A stretch of 64,000 nt of DNA from Selaginella moellendorffii (taxonomy: Eukaryota > Plantae > Lycopodiophyta), in assembly GCF_000143415.4 (NCBI RefSeq), contig NW_003314269.1:644401-708400 (forward strand), in the 5' to 3' direction. Made by a program: the position numbers and the translations under genes. The notes beneath the pieces were generated by a model. It was given only the letters and a program-made list of their open reading frames with translations, was not told where the DNA came from and made no database searches. Positions 60,609-64,000 of this stretch are shown here, in pieces; within the stretch, counting starts at the first letter, position 1; each line of letters begins with the position of its first letter.

Positions 60609-62606
60609 ATGAATGTGGCGCGCAGGAGGACAAGCAGCCGCGATGCTCGGATGGTGGAGCTGGGATCGATGGCCCTGGAGGAGCTCGAAAGGAGCAATGT
60701 GATAAGCTGGGCGAGAGCTCCACCAAGAACAGCAACAAGACCTGGTGGAGCTCTTTTGTGGGGTCGCGAGGAGCTCCAGCGGGCATTGGATCGAGTGGAG
60801 CAGCTGGGGGGAATCCACCACATCTCTCTCTCTGTATTTGCAGCGCTCCTCCGCCAGTGCGGGAACGTGAGAGCCTTGAACGAAGGCCGAAGAGTTCACG
60901 CTTCACTGGCTATGGTAGCGGCGGATTCGAGCTCGGCCTTCTGGGCGAATCTTCTCATCCAAATGTATGGGAAATGTGGATCCAGCGAGGATGCGCGGGA
61001 TGTTTTTGACAAGCTAGGCAATCTTCGCAACTCTTACTCGTGGACCATTCTTCTCACTGCATATACCCAAACCGGGCATTTATTAGAGGCGAACTTTGTG
61101 TATGAAAGAATGCCTTGTTTTAACGTAGTTGCATGGACGATTTTAATCACTGCAAACGCCAAGCACGGTAACGTAATCGATGCAAAGAAAATCTTCGACG
61201 CCATGCACGAAAGGAATCTTGTTTCCTGGAACGCATTGCTAACCGCATATGCCCAAAAAGGATATCGAAAAGAGGCAGTGAGGATGTTCTCTAAGCTGGA
61301 TCAAGAGGGAGAAAGGCCCAACGAGATTACTCTCACCAGCGTTCTCGAGGCCTGTTCGGATCCACGCACCATATATCTTGGAAGAACCCTCCATAGCATT
61401 GTCTCTGGAGACGAGGAGCTTAGCAAGAGCGTGGTGGTGTCCACGGCACTCGTGAACATGTACGCACAGTGCGGTCGATCGATCGAAGCCCGCAGTGTTT
61501 TCGACACGATGGCGACCAGGAACTCCGTCACTTGGACGTCAATGATCTCCGCCTATGCTCGAAACGGTCAGAGCTCGCAAGCACTGCTCATGCTCGAGCT
61601 CATGGACGTGGAAGGGATCGAGGCAAGCGACGCTACTTTCGTGTGTGCCATTCACGCTTGTGCGAACTTACGAGATCTCTCCATCGCCCTCGTCGTCCAC
61701 GACGCGATGAAAACCTCTGGAAGCTCACACTTGCACGACCTCAAGGTGGAAAATGCCATAGTCGACATGTATTCGAAGTGCGGCAGCCTCGATCTCACAC
61801 AAGAGATGTTTGATGCCATGGGCGATAGAAATGTGATCTCCTGGAGTGCTCTCATCGCTGCCTACGCACAGAGCGATCGATCCATCTACGACGCGCACCA
61901 CGCAATCCGGCTCTTCTTGCAAATGGATCTTGAAGGGATGGATCCCAACGAGGTAACGTCGGTGGCAGCATTGGATGCTTGCTCCAAGCTTGCATCGGTG
62001 GAGCTCGGGAAGACCATCCATGCAAACATCATCGTCCATGATGTGGTGGTGGCAACTGCGCTCGTCAACATGTACGCTAAGTGTGGGACTCTCCACGAAG
62101 CTTGCAAAGTTTTCTTGTCGTTTCCACAGCAAGAACACGATACCATTCTTTGCAATGCAATGCTCACGGCCTTTGTCCACAATGGCTGCGAGAAGCTGGC
62201 GATTGAAACCTTTCGATCCAATCTGGAGCTCCAGGGAATCCGACCCACTTCCGTGACCTTCATTGCCGTGCTCCTGGCCTGTGCTCGAGCTGGCCTTGTG
62301 GGAGATGGATGGAGCTACTTTGTTTCGCTAAAATGTGACTATGGGATCATTCCCAGCGTGTTTCATTATGAGTGCATGTTGGATCTTCTGGGACGAGCTG
62401 GGCTTGTGTGTGATGCCGAGGAACTTACGAACAATATGCCCATGGTTCCAGACTCCACAGCATGGTTGAGTGTTTTATCCTCGGCTTGTAGGAGTGATCC
62501 AAATGTTGCAGACAGAGTTTTTCAAAATGTGGATCTCGACGATCCTGTAGCTTATGTTCTTCTGGCAAACACTTGGAGGAACACCTCAGGAAACCTTGAG
62601 GATTGA
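60609..62606 (+). CDS. PLS-class pentatricopeptide repeat protein with partial E domain, no DYW
   Basis: 665-aa intronless ORF with repeats such as TALVNMYAKCG..A..VF, NVISWSALIAAYAQ, TFIAVLLACARAGLV and HYECMLDLLGRAG. Confidence 0.95.
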   Translation: MNVARRRTSSRDARMVELGSMALEELERSNVISWARAPPRTATRPGGALLWGREELQRALDRVEQLGGIHHISLSVFAALLRQCGNVRALNEGRRVHASLAMVAADSSSAFWANLLIQMYGKCGSSEDARDVFDKLGNLRNSYSWTILLTAYTQTGHLLEANFVYERMPCFNVVAWTILITANAKHGNVIDAKKIFDAMHERNLVSWNALLTAYAQKGYRKEAVRMFSKLDQEGERPNEITLTSVLEACSDPRTIYLGRTLHSIVSGDEELSKSVVVSTALVNMYAQCGRSIEARSVFDTMATRNSVTWTSMISAYARNGQSSQALLMLELMDVEGIEASDATFVCAIHACANLRDLSIALVVHDAMKTSGSSHLHDLKVENAIVDMYSKCGSLDLTQEMFDAMGDRNVISWSALIAAYAQSDRSIYDAHHAIRLFLQMDLEGMDPNEVTSVAALDACSKLASVELGKTIHANIIVHDVVVATALVNMYAKCGTLHEACKVFLSFPQQEHDTILCNAMLTAFVHNGCEKLAIETFRSNLELQGIRPTSVTFIAVLLACARAGLVGDGWSYFVSLKCDYGIIPSVFHYECMLDLLGRAGLVCDAEELTNNMPMVPDSTAWLSVLSSACRSDPNVADRVFQNVDLDDPVAYVLLANTWRNTSGNLED

Positions 62607-63239
62607 GAAAACTTTTCATAGTGCAGCTATAGTGGGGGTATAGATTTGACTAGACAAGTAGGCAACCTGTCAATAGAATCTAGCACCACCTATTAATTTT
62701 TACTTCAAGAAGGGTCTCAAACAAAGTTGTTCTGGAAAGTAGACTTGGATAGATCTCTTCCAAATCCAAAGTTACCTTCTTCAAGTGTGGAAGATAGAAC
62801 ATTCACATATTGTGTAGTCTTTCTAGGATGTTATCCAAGTTTATATCTCCATCAAACTGTAAATTACTAAATTTTCTAATCATTTCATTCATAAACTCAG
62901 TCTTCATCCCAACTTAGGGTACTCTAGTTAAAATGTTTCACATATTTACTTTAACCACATGACTAAAATGAGGTTTTGATGAGTTATATAAAGGATTTAA
63001 GGAGGTAATGAAGTTTTGATGAGCCATATAAAGGATCTAAGGAGGTAATGCCACCCATGGAGCATCAAACATTTGATTTTCTAAAGAGGGCTGGCTTCAC
63101 AAAGTCACCTTAATGTTTATATTATGACTCACCACAACTTTCTTTGGTCACTTTGGTAAATTTCATGTGGTGTAATTCCTTTAGCTAATTAATAGAGTTG
63201 GGTTTAAGTATGTAATCAAATGATTTGATTTAATGTAAT

Positions 63240-63734
63240 CTTTTAGATTTAAATTCCCCGAGATGTCACCCCCAATAACACTTAACTTAAAATATCCTAA
63301 AACCTTTAATTTCAAACATCCTAAAATCTTTAACTGATTGAAAAAGAAAATATAGGCCCTTTCCTTTTATATTTTAACTCCTATAAAAAAATCATTTTAG
63401 ACTTTCACCCCACTCTTGGATATATTTAGCTCTTGGATATGTTTGATACTTTAGACACTTGGTTTTTAAATCTTTAGGTTCTAAGACTTTAGTCTTGACA
63501 TTCTACATATCATGACACTTGCTACATACATACTTTTATCTTTTTCTAGAGACTTGCTTATCTATTGCTTTATGCTTGTTCTTTGAGTGCTTTTTTTGGA
63601 GTTTCACTCCTGCTCTAGACTTTTTAAATTAGACTTTTTAGTCTAAACTTGTTATATTTATTAAACTTCCATTTCAGCCACTGTTATATGGTATATTCTT
63701 AACTTCATTTTTTAGACTTAGGGATTTGTGCATA
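63240..63734 (-). mobile_element. Decayed LTR fragment similar to family E
   Basis: 63540-63734 aligns by eye with 45245-45440 (agagact..tgctt..gag..ggagtt.cactcc..ttagtc..tagggattt); left boundary approximate. Confidence 0.5.
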
Positions 63735-64000
63735 AATAAAGTTTAATATCCTCATCAAATGAAATTTTATTTTTGGAAGTAACCTTATCATGGATTACTA
63801 TTTTCTTTTTGGCACAAAGCCACTATTTGTGAAGTTTAACACCAAAGACTCATTATACTTTGCACATCCTTTAAGGGGCATGGATCCTCCTACTTATACA
63901 CTCAACACCTCACTTGTGAGTGTTTCCCTTCTCTACTGGTTTAAATCCACTAGAAATACTTAAGTTTATTATTCACTCTAGAGTAGTTTCAAACTATATC

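Noticed and set aside
62620-63230. Possible decayed TE coding sequence with a 40-bp tandem duplication near 62970-63050
   Set aside because: Too degenerate to assign from sequence alone

Overview
Eukaryotic plant nuclear DNA. The ~50-nt introns, compact GC-rich genes and PLS-class PPR gene suggest a lycophyte such as Selaginella; this is inferred, not confirmed by a search. Host genes from left to right: SLC35F-like transporter, EXS-domain protein, PLAC8-family protein, SAM methyltransferase, two copies of a CYP71-clan P450 plus DUF1279 pair, mTERF, an unknown gene, CDC20, a cyclic-nucleotide-binding-domain protein and a PPR protein. The middle of the window is a tandem segmental duplication (methyltransferase - P450 - DUF1279) whose junction made a DUF1279::methyltransferase chimeric ORF. 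Each duplicate carries an independent nest of Ty3/gypsy LTR retrotransposons, resolved here by LTR, PBS, PPT and target-site duplications. The five families are: A (175-bp LTR, tRNA-Ala PBS, 4-bp TSD, no chromodomain); B, C and E (related Galadriel-like chromoviruses; Met PBS seen in B and C); and D (Tcn1/Tf1-like, self-priming). The most striking observation is that element B carries two short canonical GT-AG introns inside its integrase whose removal exactly restores HPQTDGQTERVN and KLTQRFAGPY. There is also a candidate intron at its gag-pol junction and one in the 5' leader of related element C. This points to an intron-bearing, possibly splicing-regulated LTR retrotransposon lineage. All coordinates and counts were read by hand.
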